A stretch of 64,000 bases of DNA from Candidatus Dormibacteria bacterium (GCA_049511615.1 JBEKXW010000001.1:222052-286051); one strand, 5' to 3'. Positions 28,324 to 37,647 are shown, counted from the stretch's first letter. Notes: generated by a model from the sequence alone, not told the origin. Made by a program: numbers and translations.

Positions 28324-29358
28324 TTGCGCATCGGCATCCTCACCGGGGGCGGTGACGCTCCCGGGCTCAACGCGGCGATCCGAGGCGTGGGCCGGCGTGC
28401 TCTCGCCCACGGGGATACTGTCATAGGTGTCAAGAACGGGTGGGGCGGCCTGATCGGTGATGGCGACTTCATGGAGCTGGACCGCCACCGCTTCTCGGGC
28501 ATCCTCCAGCTCGGTGGCACGATGTTGGGCAGCTCGCGGACCAACCCGATGAAGCGCGAGGGCGGCCGCGAGGACGTGCTGCGGAACCTCGGGCGGGCCG
28601 AGCTGGACTCCCTGGTGGCGATCGGCGGCGACGACACCCTCTCGGTGGCGGCCTGGCTCGCCGAGCACGGCGCGCCGGTGGTCGGCGTGCCCAAGACCAT
28701 GGACAACGACCTCTCGGTCACCGAGTACTGCATCGGCTTCGATACCGCGGTGAGCCGGGTCGCCGAGGCGCTCGACCGGCTCCACACCACCGCCGCCTCC
28801 CACCATCGGGTGATGGTGCTCGAGGTCATGGGCCGGGACACCGGCTGGGTGGCCCTGATGGGCGGTCTGGCCGGCGGCGCGGACCTGATCCTGATCCCCG
28901 AGATCGCGGTGACTCTCGATGAGGTCATCGACCGCCTTCAGAGACGGCTTCGGAGCGGCAGCGACTTCAGCATCATCGTGGTCGCCGAGGGCGTGGAGAT
29001 GGAGGGGGTCACCGACAAGCAGGTGGCGGAGGGCAAGCTGGACGCCTTCGGCCACGCCCAGCTCAGCAAGCGCGGGGTCGCCGACACCCTGGCCGAGGTG
29101 ATCGAGGCACGCCTCGGCCACGAGACCCGGACCACCGTGCTGGGCTACACCCAGCGGGGCGGGTCCCCGTCCGCGTACGACCGGATCTGGGCAACCCGGG
29201 TGGGGGTCGCCGCCTACGATCTGGTGCTGGCCAAGCGCTGGGGGATGATGCCGGTGGTCCGCAACGGGACCGTCGAGACGGCGCCGATCTCCGAGGTGGT
29301 CCGGGAGACGCGCCGGGTGACGCCGGAGCTCTACGAGCTGGCGAAGGTCTTCTATTAG
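28324..29358 (+). CDS. pfkA: 6-phosphofructokinase (ATP- or PPi-dependent; not resolvable here)
   Basis: TTG start 2 nt after the LCP stop, with GGGAG upstream. 'RIGILTGGGDAPGLNAAIRGV', 'IGGDDTLS', 'VGVPKTMDNDL' and 'GYTQRGG'. Confidence 0.9.
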   Translation: MRIGILTGGGDAPGLNAAIRGVGRRALAHGDTVIGVKNGWGGLIGDGDFMELDRHRFSGILQLGGTMLGSSRTNPMKREGGREDVLRNLGRAELDSLVAIGGDDTLSVAAWLAEHGAPVVGVPKTMDNDLSVTEYCIGFDTAVSRVAEALDRLHTTAASHHRVMVLEVMGRDTGWVALMGGLAGGADLILIPEIAVTLDEVIDRLQRRLRSGSDFSIIVVAEGVEMEGVTDKQVAEGKLDAFGHAQLSKRGVADTLAEVIEARLGHETRTTVLGYTQRGGSPSAYDRIWATRVGVAAYDLVLAKRWGMMPVVRNGTVETAPISEVVRETRRVTPELYELAKVFY

Positions 29359-29562
29359 TCGTGACGGAGAGAGGAGGGAGTGCCGAAGGGCGCTCCCTCC
29401 GAACGTAGGAGCGACTAATACCTCGTACTGACCGTGACGGAGTGAGGAGTGACAGCCGCAGGCTGTCACTCCGAGCGTGGGAGCGGTCAGCACCGTGTAT
29501 TGGGGTGACGCACTGAGGAGGGAGATCCGCAGGGTCCTTCTTCCAAGGGCACGACGCGTCAT
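29355..29562 (+). repeat. three tandem ~63-nt hairpin units (two intact, one decayed) in the pfk 3' region
   Basis: Unit 1 is 29355-29418 and unit 2 is 29428-29490. Each has a 7-bp outer stem, a conserved 11x11 internal loop (TGACGGAG[A/T]GA and GA[A/G]CGT[A/G]GGAG), a 12-bp inner stem and a 3-4 nt loop. The stems differ between units but stay complementary. Unit 3 (about 29505-29562) is degenerate. Confidence 0.7.
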
Positions 29563-29660
29563 CACCGTTCACCAGCGGCCGGAGCGGCATCGGAGCGATC
29601 CGGTGCCGCTCACCACCCTGTCCGAAATCCGCGAGCGGCCGGTGGGCCCCACCGGGCACC

Positions 29661-31232
29661 ATGGCATGGATGGAGGACTTCGAGAGCCGGTACCGCGCAG
29701 TGGCGAGCCGCGATCGCCGTTTCGAGGGGAGGTTCCTGGTGGCGGTGACCACCACCGGCGTGTACTGCCGGATCGGCTGCCCCTCGCGAACCCCCGCCCC
29801 CGACCACGTCCGCTTCTACCCCTCCGCGGCCGCCGCCGTGGCCGCGGGGTTCCGCGCCTGCAAGCGTTGCCGTCCCGACCAGGCGGACCCGGCCGATGGG
29901 GCGCTGGTGACCAGGGCGCTCCGGCTGATCGCCGACGGGGTCGCGGACGGTGACGGCGTCGGCGACCTGGCCCGCCGCCTGGGGGTGAGCCTCCGCACCC
30001 TGGACCGTCGCTTCACCGCCCTGGTGGGAGCCTCGCCGCTCCAGCTGGCGCGCAGCCGCCGCGTCCAGACCGCCCGTACCCTGATCACCCAGAGTTCGAT
30101 GCCGCTCGTGGACGTCGCCTTCGCCGCCGGCTTCGGCTCCCTGCGCCAGTTCAATGACACCATGCGCCAGGAGCTGGGCGTCGCACCTGGAGCATTTCGC
30201 GACGGACTGGCGGGGAGGGCATGGGGGCAGCCTGACCACGACGCTGCCGCGGCGCCTGGGCCGGTGGCCGCGGCCGCCCCCGGGGACGCGTCCTCGAAAG
30301 GCGGCTCGGGCGGCTGGCTCACCCTCCGGCTCGCCCGCCGCGACCCCTTCGCGGCGACCCCTCTCCTCAGCTTCCTGGCGGCTCGGGCGGTTCCGGGGAT
30401 CGAGGAGGCGATCACCGGCGGGTACTCGCGCGCCCTCCGCACCACGGGCGGAGCCGCGATGGTCACCCTGACGCCCGCCCACGGCCATGTGCTCCTGCGC
30501 GTCCGTCTGGACGACCTCGCCGACCTGGCGGACGTGGTCCGCCGCTGCCGCCGCCTTCTCGACCTCGACTCTGACCCGGAGGCCGTCGTCGCCGGTCTCC
30601 GCCGGGACCCGCTGCTCGGCCGCCTGTCCGCCGCCCTTCCCGGGATGCGGGTTCCGGGCAGCGCGGAGCCGTTCGAGACCGCGGTGCGGGCGGTGCTGGG
30701 CCAGCAGGTGTCGGTGGTCGCCGCCCGCACCCTCGCGGCCCGGCTGGTCGCCCGCCACGGCGAGCCCGTCAGCGCTCCAGCCGCCGGCGTCACCCACCTC
30801 TTCCCCGCGCCGGACCGGCTCGCCGAGGCCGACCTCGACGGGCTGGGCGTCAGCGGCCGGCGGATCGAGTCGATCCGGGCGCTGAGCCGTGCCGTGGCGG
30901 GGGGCGATCTCGACCTGGCCGGCGGGGATCCTGGGAGGTTCGAGTCGGTGCTGACGGGCCTGCCCGGCTTCGGTCCGTGGACCCGCGCCTACATCGCGAT
31001 GCGGGCGCGGGGCGATCCCGACGCCATCCCCGTCTCCGATCTCGGGTTGCGCCGGGCGCTGGAGCGGCTGGGTCAACCCGCCGATCCCCGGAGCGTCGCC
31101 CAGCGCGCCGAGGCCTGGCGTCCATGGCGGGCGTACGCGGCCCTCCATCTCTGGAACACCCTCGCCGCCGCGCCGGTCGCGGAGGCGCCCCCCGCGCCCT
31201 CACCCTCGACTCCCGTGGAGACCATGCCATGA
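29661..31232 (+). CDS. alkA: fused Ada (Zn methylphosphotriester sensor + AraC HTH) / AlkA 3-methyladenine DNA glycosylase II
   Basis: 'CRIGCPSR...FRACKRCRPD' Cys4 Ada site. AraC HTH 'LARRLGVSLRTLDRRF...FGSLRQFNDTMRQ'. HhH-GPD 'LPGFGPWTRAYIAMRARGDPDAIPVSDLGL'. Same fusion architecture as mycobacterial Ada-AlkA. Confidence 0.9.
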   Translation: MAWMEDFESRYRAVASRDRRFEGRFLVAVTTTGVYCRIGCPSRTPAPDHVRFYPSAAAAVAAGFRACKRCRPDQADPADGALVTRALRLIADGVADGDGVGDLARRLGVSLRTLDRRFTALVGASPLQLARSRRVQTARTLITQSSMPLVDVAFAAGFGSLRQFNDTMRQELGVAPGAFRDGLAGRAWGQPDHDAAAAPGPVAAAAPGDASSKGGSGGWLTLRLARRDPFAATPLLSFLAARAVPGIEEAITGGYSRALRTTGGAAMVTLTPAHGHVLLRVRLDDLADLADVVRRCRRLLDLDSDPEAVVAGLRRDPLLGRLSAALPGMRVPGSAEPFETAVRAVLGQQVSVVAARTLAARLVARHGEPVSAPAAGVTHLFPAPDRLAEADLDGLGVSGRRIESIRALSRAVAGGDLDLAGGDPGRFESVLTGLPGFGPWTRAYIAMRARGDPDAIPVSDLGLRRALERLGQPADPRSVAQRAEAWRPWRAYAALHLWNTLAAAPVAEAPPAPSPSTPVETMP

Positions 31233-31747
31233 CCTACGACGCCGTGACCGTCCCGACCCCCTTCGGCGCCTTCACCGCCATCGCGGATGAGGGGACCGTG
31301 GTGAAGAGCGGCTTCACCGTGGACATCGATGAGCTTCGCGACGGTCTCCCCGACCCCGAGGCGGAGATCCACCTGCACCGAGATCTCGGCGCGATCTCGT
31401 CGTCGCTCCGCGACTACTTCACCGGCGTCGATGTCACCGCCCTCGATCGGCTCCCGGTGCGGGCCGCGGGGAGCGTGGCGATGCAGCGGATGTGGAGCGA
31501 GCTGCGTCGCATCCCGGCCGGGCAGGTCCGCAGCTATGCCGAGCTGGGAGGTGACCGGCGCCATGCCCGGGCCGCCGGCGCCGCCTGTGCGCGCAATCCC
31601 ATCCCGCTGATCGTTCCGTGCCACCGGGTGGTGCGGGGTGACGGTTCCCTCGGCGGCTTCGGCCCGGGTCTCGAGATCAAGCGCTGGCTCCTCGACCACG
31701 AGGCAGCCGCCGCCGGGCGGGAGGTCGCGGTCAGCCCCGCCGGCTGA
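31229..31747 (+). CDS. ogt: methylated-DNA--protein-cysteine methyltransferase
   Basis: 'IPLIVPCHRVV' active site and 'IPAGQVRSYAELG'. ATGA overlap with alkA. Confidence 0.92.
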   Translation: MTYDAVTVPTPFGAFTAIADEGTVVKSGFTVDIDELRDGLPDPEAEIHLHRDLGAISSSLRDYFTGVDVTALDRLPVRAAGSVAMQRMWSELRRIPAGQVRSYAELGGDRRHARAAGAACARNPIPLIVPCHRVVRGDGSLGGFGPGLEIKRWLLDHEAAAAGREVAVSPAG

Positions 31748-31753
31748 TCTCGT

Positions 31754-32563
31754 TCACCACAGGCCGGGGATCAGCCGGGCCCGGCCGCGAGCCCACTCCC
31801 TCCACGCCGGGAAGGTGTCGCCCAGGAGCTGCTCCTCGTACCTGATCCGCATCACCTGGAGGCCGAGGAAGGCGGCCACCAGGAGGAGCGTCATGAGGTG
31901 GCCGTCGGAGAGGGCCATCGCCAGCCCGGAGACGATCTCGCAGAGGTAGAGGGGGTGGCGCACCAGACGGTACGGACCGCCGGTGACCAGACGGCGCGCC
32001 GCCGGAAAGATGCCGAAGGAGAGCCGCAGGGTCAGCAGGCCCCAGACCGCGCCGGCCATCGCCAGCGCCAGGACGATCGAGCCCGCCGACCCCATCCAGG
32101 CCGGGACCGGCAGGATGGCGAGCCCCGCGGGGAGGGCGGTGCCGCAGAGGAGCAGGATCGTGGTTCCCGCGAAGGCGACGACCCGCGGCAGGATCCGGCC
32201 GTCCCGGGCCTGCGGCTTCGGCCGGACCACGAAGAGCACCACCGGGATGAGGCAGAAGGCGGCGAAGAGCGCCTGCCGGACCGGGCCGCCCACCACGGTC
32301 AGCCAGTCGACCCGGGAGAGGTGCCCGGCCAGCCAGACCGCGTGGATGACCACCTCGTACCCGAGCACGGCGTAGAGCACGGCCGGGACGATCCGCCCCA
32401 TCAGGAGGTAGCGAAGGTCGGGGGCGCCGCCGGCCGGTCGCCTGCGCGTGACAGCGGGAGGGACGAGCCCGGCACCCTTGGTGCGGGGTGCGGGAGGGGC
32501 GTCGAGCACTCTCACGCGGGCCAGTATCGGGCAGCCCCCCGGCCGCCAATCCCGGGCAACCAA
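31754..32563 (-). CDS. isoprenylcysteine carboxyl / phospholipid methyltransferase-family membrane protein (start uncertain)
   Basis: C-terminal 'LVTGGPYRLVRHPLYLCEIVSGLAMAL...MRIRYEEQLL' signature with multiple TM helices. The longest ORF starts at TTG 32563; ATG 32401 (MGRIVPAV) is an alternative. Confidence 0.7.
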   Translation of the reverse strand: MVARDWRPGGCPILARVRVLDAPPAPRTKGAGLVPPAVTRRRPAGGAPDLRYLLMGRIVPAVLYAVLGYEVVIHAVWLAGHLSRVDWLTVVGGPVRQALFAAFCLIPVVLFVVRPKPQARDGRILPRVVAFAGTTILLLCGTALPAGLAILPVPAWMGSAGSIVLALAMAGAVWGLLTLRLSFGIFPAARRLVTGGPYRLVRHPLYLCEIVSGLAMALSDGHLMTLLLVAAFLGLQVMRIRYEEQLLGDTFPAWREWARGRARLIPGLW

Positions 32564-32693
32564 CCCGTCACCCCCTGCGTCCGGCGACGTTGCAGTGACG
32601 GATGACGGTGCCGGATGACGGGGTCCGCCCCGGTGCGGAGCCGGTGCCCGGCGCTCCCCGACCGGCTGGTGGCACGGAGCCGGTCCGGGCAGC

Positions 32694-34904
32694 CTACCGG
32701 GGGCCGCTCGAGGGCTTCGGAGGCGTGGGGGCGCCCTCGAGGGTGCGTCGCGTCAGGTCGCGACCGCGCCGCGCCGTGACCACGATCGCCCCGATCAGCA
32801 GGGCGTTGAGGAGGAGCAGGAACACGATGATCTGGGGGGCGTTCCCCATGTGGATCCCGGAGACCAGGGAGATGAGGTCGATCGGCGGGACCGCCGAGGT
32901 GTCGAACTGGTCCGGGTTCGCCGGAGCAGAATTCGACAGCCCGCTCGGCCGGTTGGGGGCCGTCGCCGTCACCGGGGCGATGACCACCGGGGTCGCCTGG
33001 GCGCTCGCCTTGGCCACCGTGCTCCCCGGCGTGGGGGTGCCGGCCCCCGGCGTCGCGGTGCCGGTGGGCGTCGCGGTGGCGGTGGGCTTGGCCGTGGCGG
33101 TGGGTGTCGCCGTGGCGGTGGCTGTCGGGGTGGCGGTCGGCTTCGCCGTGGGGGTCGGCGTGGCGGTAGCGGTGGGCGTCGGGGTGGCGGTCGGCGTCGG
33201 GGTCGGGCCACCCGTCCCCGTGATCGTCTCGACCGTGCTGCCGGTCGATCCGGAGAAGTTCGCGTCGCCCGCGTAGGCGGCGGCGATGGTCTGGTTGCCG
33301 GCGGCGAGCGACGAGAGGGTCAGCGACGCCTGGCCCAGGCTGTTGAGCGCGACCGCCTCCGGATCGGCCCCGTTCAGCGTGAAGCTGACCCTCCCGGTGG
33401 GGGTCAGGCTCGAGGAGGAGTGGTTGACCGTCGCCGTGAAGATGACGGCCTGGCCCTTGGCGGCAGGGTTGAGGGAGGCGGCCACGGTGAGGCTCGTCGC
33501 GGCGGCCACCCGCTGCACCGTCACCGCGACCGAAGAGGTTGAGGTCGCCGACGTGTACCAGCCCTGAGCTGTGGCGTCCGGGTGGTAGGTGGCGGTGATC
33601 GACGGGTAGCTGCCCGCACTCAGCACGATGGGAAGGCTTGCCCAGGAATCGTTCGTGGTGCCGGCCACTGGAGTCGTCGATTCAGCTCCCAGCAGCGTGG
33701 CCCCCTGGAGGAAGTCCACGGTTCCGCTCGGGAAGGGCGCACCGCTGTTCCCGAACACCACCGAGCTGAGGGTCAGGCTCTGGCCCTCGTCCACCGCCGC
33801 GGGGGCAGCACCGACGGTGACGAGCCAGGGCGGTGCCGTAGTGGGCGTCGAGCTCTGGGGACTGAACGCGGTCAGGAGGATCCCGCCGGCGCCCTGGAAG
33901 ACGGCGGCGGTCGTGGAGCAGCCGCAGCCCGATCCCCCGGTGACCTGGAGCGTGACGGTCGCCGAGGTGGAGGGGCTGAAGTTCCCGTTACCGGCGTAGG
34001 TCCCGGTGAGCGTCTGCGCCCCCTTGTGGGCGAAGCAGGTGACCAGCTCCGCCGTCCCTCCGCTGAGCTGGGCCGTGCCCAGGCTGGTGCCGGCGTCGTA
34101 GAAGGTCACCGTGCCCCCGGGGACGCCGGTGGCTGCCGTGACGGTCGCGGTGAGGGTCACCGACTGCCCGACCGACGCCGTGGTCGGTGAGACAGTCAAG
34201 GTCGTGGCCGTCGACGCCGGGTCGATCTGCTCGATGACCGCGCTGCTCGTCGATGCGGCGAAGTTGCCGTTACCCGCGTACTTCGCGGTGATCGAGTAGC
34301 TTCCGGCCGCCAGCGTCGAGGCGACCACCGCCGCGGTCCCGCCGGACAGCTGCGCGGACCCGATCGCGGTGCTCCCGTCCATCAGGGTCACGGTGCCGGT
34401 TGGAACCCCGGTCCCGTTGCTGGGGATGACCGACACCACGAAGATGAGGGTCGCCCCGTAGGTGGAGGGGTTGACCGTCGGGAAGAGCATCGTCGTCGAT
34501 CCCTGGACGGTGACCACCTGGTCGAGCACTGCCGACGTGGCCGCGGCGAAGCTCGTCGACCCCGAGTACGCCGCCTCGAGCTTCTGGGTGCCGGCAGCAA
34601 GTGTCGAGTCGACCAGCGTCGCCTGTCCGGTCGGCCCGAGGTCGGCCGTGCCGAGGCTCGTCCCGGAGTCCTCGAAGGTCACCGAGCCACCCGGGATCGC
34701 GGTCCCGGAGGCCGGGATCACGGTCGCGGTGAGGATCAGCTGATCGCCGTAGGCCGCGGGGTTCTCCGAGGAGGTGAGCGTGACGGTGGTGGCGACCCTG
34801 TTGCTGCACGCGCCTCCCGGGAGCGGCAGCGCGAGCGAGCCGGCAGCCGCGAACAGCACTGCGCCGAGCAGCCATGGCAGGCGGCGTCCCCGCGTTCCTC
34901 GCAT
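32694..34904 (-). CDS. Ig-like domain repeat surface protein (Big_3_5-type repeats) with TP linker and TM anchor
   Basis: Signal peptide '[25 protein letters not shown]'. At least 6 repeats of the pattern 'GTVTF.DG.T.LGTA.L..G.A......LAAG...ITA.Y.G..NF..S.S'. C-terminal TM 'IIVFLLLLNALLIGAIVV' plus a basic tail. Confidence 0.85.
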   Translation of the reverse strand: MRGTRGRRLPWLLGAVLFAAAGSLALPLPGGACSNRVATTVTLTSSENPAAYGDQLILTATVIPASGTAIPGGSVTFEDSGTSLGTADLGPTGQATLVDSTLAAGTQKLEAAYSGSTSFAAATSAVLDQVVTVQGSTTMLFPTVNPSTYGATLIFVVSVIPSNGTGVPTGTVTLMDGSTAIGSAQLSGGTAAVVASTLAAGSYSITAKYAGNGNFAASTSSAVIEQIDPASTATTLTVSPTTASVGQSVTLTATVTAATGVPGGTVTFYDAGTSLGTAQLSGGTAELVTCFAHKGAQTLTGTYAGNGNFSPSTSATVTLQVTGGSGCGCSTTAAVFQGAGGILLTAFSPQSSTPTTAPPWLVTVGAAPAAVDEGQSLTLSSVVFGNSGAPFPSGTVDFLQGATLLGAESTTPVAGTTNDSWASLPIVLSAGSYPSITATYHPDATAQGWYTSATSTSSVAVTVQRVAAATSLTVAASLNPAAKGQAVIFTATVNHSSSSLTPTGRVSFTLNGADPEAVALNSLGQASLTLSSLAAGNQTIAAAYAGDANFSGSTGSTVETITGTGGPTPTPTATPTPTATATPTPTAKPTATPTATATATPTATAKPTATATPTGTATPGAGTPTPGSTVAKASAQATPVVIAPVTATAPNRPSGLSNSAPANPDQFDTSAVPPIDLISLVSGIHMGNAPQIIVFLLLLNALLIGAIVVTARRGRDLTRRTLEGAPTPPKPSSGPR
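33021..33218. repeat. coding low-complexity Thr/Pro/Ala linker repeat inside the Ig-repeat gene
   Basis: Encodes 'PTPTPTATPTPTATATPTPTAKPTATPTATATATPTATAKPTATATPTGTATP'. The DNA consists of imperfect GGCGGTGGGNGTCGC-type iterations. Confidence 0.8.
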
Positions 34905-34913
34905 CGCCCCCCG

Positions 34914-34919
34914 AGCGTA
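34914..34919 (-). promoter_or_regulatory. -10-like box TACGCT, 9 nt upstream of the Ig-repeat protein ATG
   Basis: The minus strand reads cCTACGCTcggggggcgATG. Confidence 0.3.
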
Positions 34920-35063
34920 GGACCACAGGACGGTTGCTGGAACGTCAGTGGCCTCGCGGACTGATTACATTCCTGTGATGTCGGACGAGGAAGCCACAGC
35001 TTCGTGACCGGCTGCAACGAAGCGGCAACGCGAGGGTGGCGAAGGCCCCGGCTCAGCCCCGGC

Positions 35064-37517
35064 TCAGCCGGTCACCGATCCGGGCTCGTGCGCCTCCCGC
35101 GACTGCCGGGATGCGGTCAGGTCGACGTGGCCGTCGGCCGTTGCCGGCGTCTCGGTGGGGCAACGGCACGGCCAGTCCAGACGGACCGTGGTCCCCTCTC
35201 CCGGGGCCGACTCCAGCGTGACCGTGGCGTCGTGGGCCTCGGTGAGGACCTTGACCAGGGCCAGCCCCACGCCCATGCCCCCGTAGGCGCGGGTGCCTCC
35301 GCTGTCGGCCTGGAAGAAGCGCTCGAAGACCCGGTCGTGGATCGCCGGGTCGATCCCGATGCCGGTGTCCCTGACCTCGATGGTGCACCGGTCACCCTGC
35401 CGGTTCGGCCGGGCCGAGATGGTCACGCTTCCCCCGGGGTCGGTGAACTTCACGGCGTTGTCGAGCAGGCAGCGGATGACCTGGCGCAGCCGCTCGCGGT
35501 CCGCATCCACCTTGAGGCGGGCGGGAATGTCGACCGTCAGCTTCACCGGAAGGCCATGGGGGAAGCGCCGCGTCACCTCGCCCACGGCGTCGTCGACGGT
35601 CGTCGCCAGGGCAACCCGCTTGCGGTTCATCCGCAGGTTGTCGGCGCTGACCAGGGACAGATCGATCATCGTCTCCAGCATGTCCGAGAGCTGGGTCGTC
35701 GCCAGCTCGACGTTGTCGAGGATGCCCAGCTTCTGCTGGTCGTCGGCCTCGGCCCAGACCATCCGGATCAGCTCCAGATGCCCCACGATCGCGGTCAGCG
35801 GGGTGCGCAGCTCATGCTGCGCGGTGGCCAGGAAGTCGGACTTCATGTCGTCCAGCTCGCGCAGCCGGCGCACCGTCTCCCTCTCCATCTCGAAGAGGCG
35901 GGTGTTCTCCACGGCGATGGCGGCGTTGTTGGCGAGCGCGGAGAGGGCGCGCGCGTCGGCGTCGGAGACCGAGTTGGGACCGGTGACCGCGATCGCCCCG
36001 GTGACCCGCTGCCGGTAGAACATCGGGACCACCAGGGTCACCTGTGACCAGGTCTCGCCACCTGAGGTCGGGTCGCCCCTGCTCCGCGTGAGCCGGGCGG
36101 GACGCCCCTCGAGCACGTCGCCGACGACCGCGGGCGTCAGATCGAGCTCCTCGGTCTCGGGCGCCGTGCCCGGTGCCGTCTCGGGGGTGCCGCCGCCGTG
36201 GCTCCTGGCCCGGATCACCAGCTCGTCGCCGTCCCGCGCCAGAAGCAGGGCCCGCGCCTGCGGGCCGGCCAGCGATGCGGCCGCCGCACAGACCGCGCTC
36301 TCCAGGCTCGACACGCCGGCGGTCGTCGTGGTCAGGGCGCGGGAGACCTCGTCCAGGCGGGACACCGCGGCGTCGACGTGATGGATGTTGCTCTCGATCT
36401 GGGCCCGCATCTGGTTGACCTGGCGAGCCAGCACGCCCAGCTCGTCACGCGACCGCACCGGGATGTCGGAGCCGTAGTCGCCCCCGGCGATGCGGGCGAC
36501 CCCCGCCGAGAGCTGCGCCACCGGGCGGCGGACGAAGCGGTTGACGAAGAGCAGCACCACCAGGAAGGTCACCAGCAGGGCGGTGAGCGCCAGCCAGACC
36601 ACGGTCAGCTCATCGGTCGTCTGATCGCCGATGAACAGCGCGATCGGCGTCTCGACGCCCACGTAGAGGGTGGGTGGGCCGGAGTTGGGATTCATCCCTT
36701 CCAGCGCGATGGCGGTGGCACCCGAGCCGGGGACGGAGGAGAAGCCCGCGAAGCTGCCCGACGACCTGCCGAGCCCGCCCTGGATGGACGCCGGGAGAGA
36801 TTCCTTCGTCAGCGTGGGGTTGGCCGAGTTGCCCGAGATGGCGTAGAGAGGGGACCCGGGCTGGTTGGCGACGATCACCGGGGTGTAGCCCTGGCCGACC
36901 GCCCCGAGGAGCCGGAGCAGCTGGTCGGTGAGCGGCATGCTGTAGACGACTGCGCCCAGCACCTGGGTGGACCCCTTGGCCGTGATCGGTGCCGCGAAGT
37001 CGTACACCGGCGTCCGGGGGTCGAGGAAGTCGATGGCCTCGGCGGGGCTCCCGCGCAGGGCGGCCGACACCTCGGGCAGCCCGGAGGTGAGCTGGGGAAC
37101 GCCGGCCTGCTCGGCGGTGGCGAGCAAGGACCCGCCGCCGTCGAACACCGCCACGCTCTCGTCGGGAAGATCGGTGATCACCTTGGTGGAGCCGGTCAGC
37201 AGCGCCGCAACCGCGGTCTGGGGATTGGCGGCGCCGAGGGCGGCCGCCATCTCGGGCAGCCCGGCGACGTCCTGGGCGGCGAAGCGCGCCTGGGGGGCGG
37301 CGACCTGCTGGACCAGCTCGCGGTAGGCCTGCGCCCGGCTCTCCGCGTTGGTCTCGGCCCCGGTCCGGGTCTGCTGGTCGCGGCTGACCAGGAGAAACGC
37401 GCTGACCGCGGCGATGATCGCCAGCGAGAGGACGAACCCGCCCAGGAGCAGGCGGGCGGCGAAGGTGATGCGGGGCCGGCGGAAGAGGCGCCGTCGCTCC
37501 GGCGCGGCAGGGACCAT
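35064..37517 (-). CDS. sensor histidine kinase: large extracytoplasmic domain, HAMP, GAF, HisKA, HATPase_c (no adjacent response regulator)
   Basis: Two TM segments flank about 260 aa. HAMP 'RRPVAQLSAGVARIAGGDYGSDIPVRSRDELGVLARQVNQM'. H-box 'ATAQHELRTPLTAIVGHLEL'. N/G boxes 'LLDNAVKFT', 'DTGIGI' and 'GGMGVGLALV'. Confidence 0.9.
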   Translation of the reverse strand: MVPAAPERRRLFRRPRITFAARLLLGGFVLSLAIIAAVSAFLLVSRDQQTRTGAETNAESRAQAYRELVQQVAAPQARFAAQDVAGLPEMAAALGAANPQTAVAALLTGSTKVITDLPDESVAVFDGGGSLLATAEQAGVPQLTSGLPEVSAALRGSPAEAIDFLDPRTPVYDFAAPITAKGSTQVLGAVVYSMPLTDQLLRLLGAVGQGYTPVIVANQPGSPLYAISGNSANPTLTKESLPASIQGGLGRSSGSFAGFSSVPGSGATAIALEGMNPNSGPPTLYVGVETPIALFIGDQTTDELTVVWLALTALLVTFLVVLLFVNRFVRRPVAQLSAGVARIAGGDYGSDIPVRSRDELGVLARQVNQMRAQIESNIHHVDAAVSRLDEVSRALTTTTAGVSSLESAVCAAAASLAGPQARALLLARDGDELVIRARSHGGGTPETAPGTAPETEELDLTPAVVGDVLEGRPARLTRSRGDPTSGGETWSQVTLVVPMFYRQRVTGAIAVTGPNSVSDADARALSALANNAAIAVENTRLFEMERETVRRLRELDDMKSDFLATAQHELRTPLTAIVGHLELIRMVWAEADDQQKLGILDNVELATTQLSDMLETMIDLSLVSADNLRMNRKRVALATTVDDAVGEVTRRFPHGLPVKLTVDIPARLKVDADRERLRQVIRCLLDNAVKFTDPGGSVTISARPNRQGDRCTIEVRDTGIGIDPAIHDRVFERFFQADSGGTRAYGGMGVGLALVKVLTEAHDATVTLESAPGEGTTVRLDWPCRCPTETPATADGHVDLTASRQSREAHEPGSVTG

Positions 37518-37527
37518 GGCTGGACGA

Positions 37528-37533
37528 AGCGTA
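37528..37533 (-). promoter_or_regulatory. -10-like box TACGCT, 10 nt upstream of the histidine kinase ATG
   Basis: The minus strand reads cTTACGCTtcgtccagccATG; same hexamer as at 34914. Confidence 0.25.
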
Positions 37534-37647
37534 AGACCGTCCCCCTGGCGCCGAGCAGGTTTGACGCGAATGTCGCGGGATCGTCGCAGCGCCTTGGTGC
37601 CCCCCGCGGCGCCAGCCCCGCCTGGGCACGCCTGTTCGCCGGAATGT

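Noticed and set aside
33021-33218. Short-period DNA repeats that could be mistaken for a CRISPR or VNTR array
   Set aside because: They are in frame inside the Ig-repeat gene and encode a Thr/Pro/Ala linker. There is no repeat-spacer organisation and there are no cas genes.
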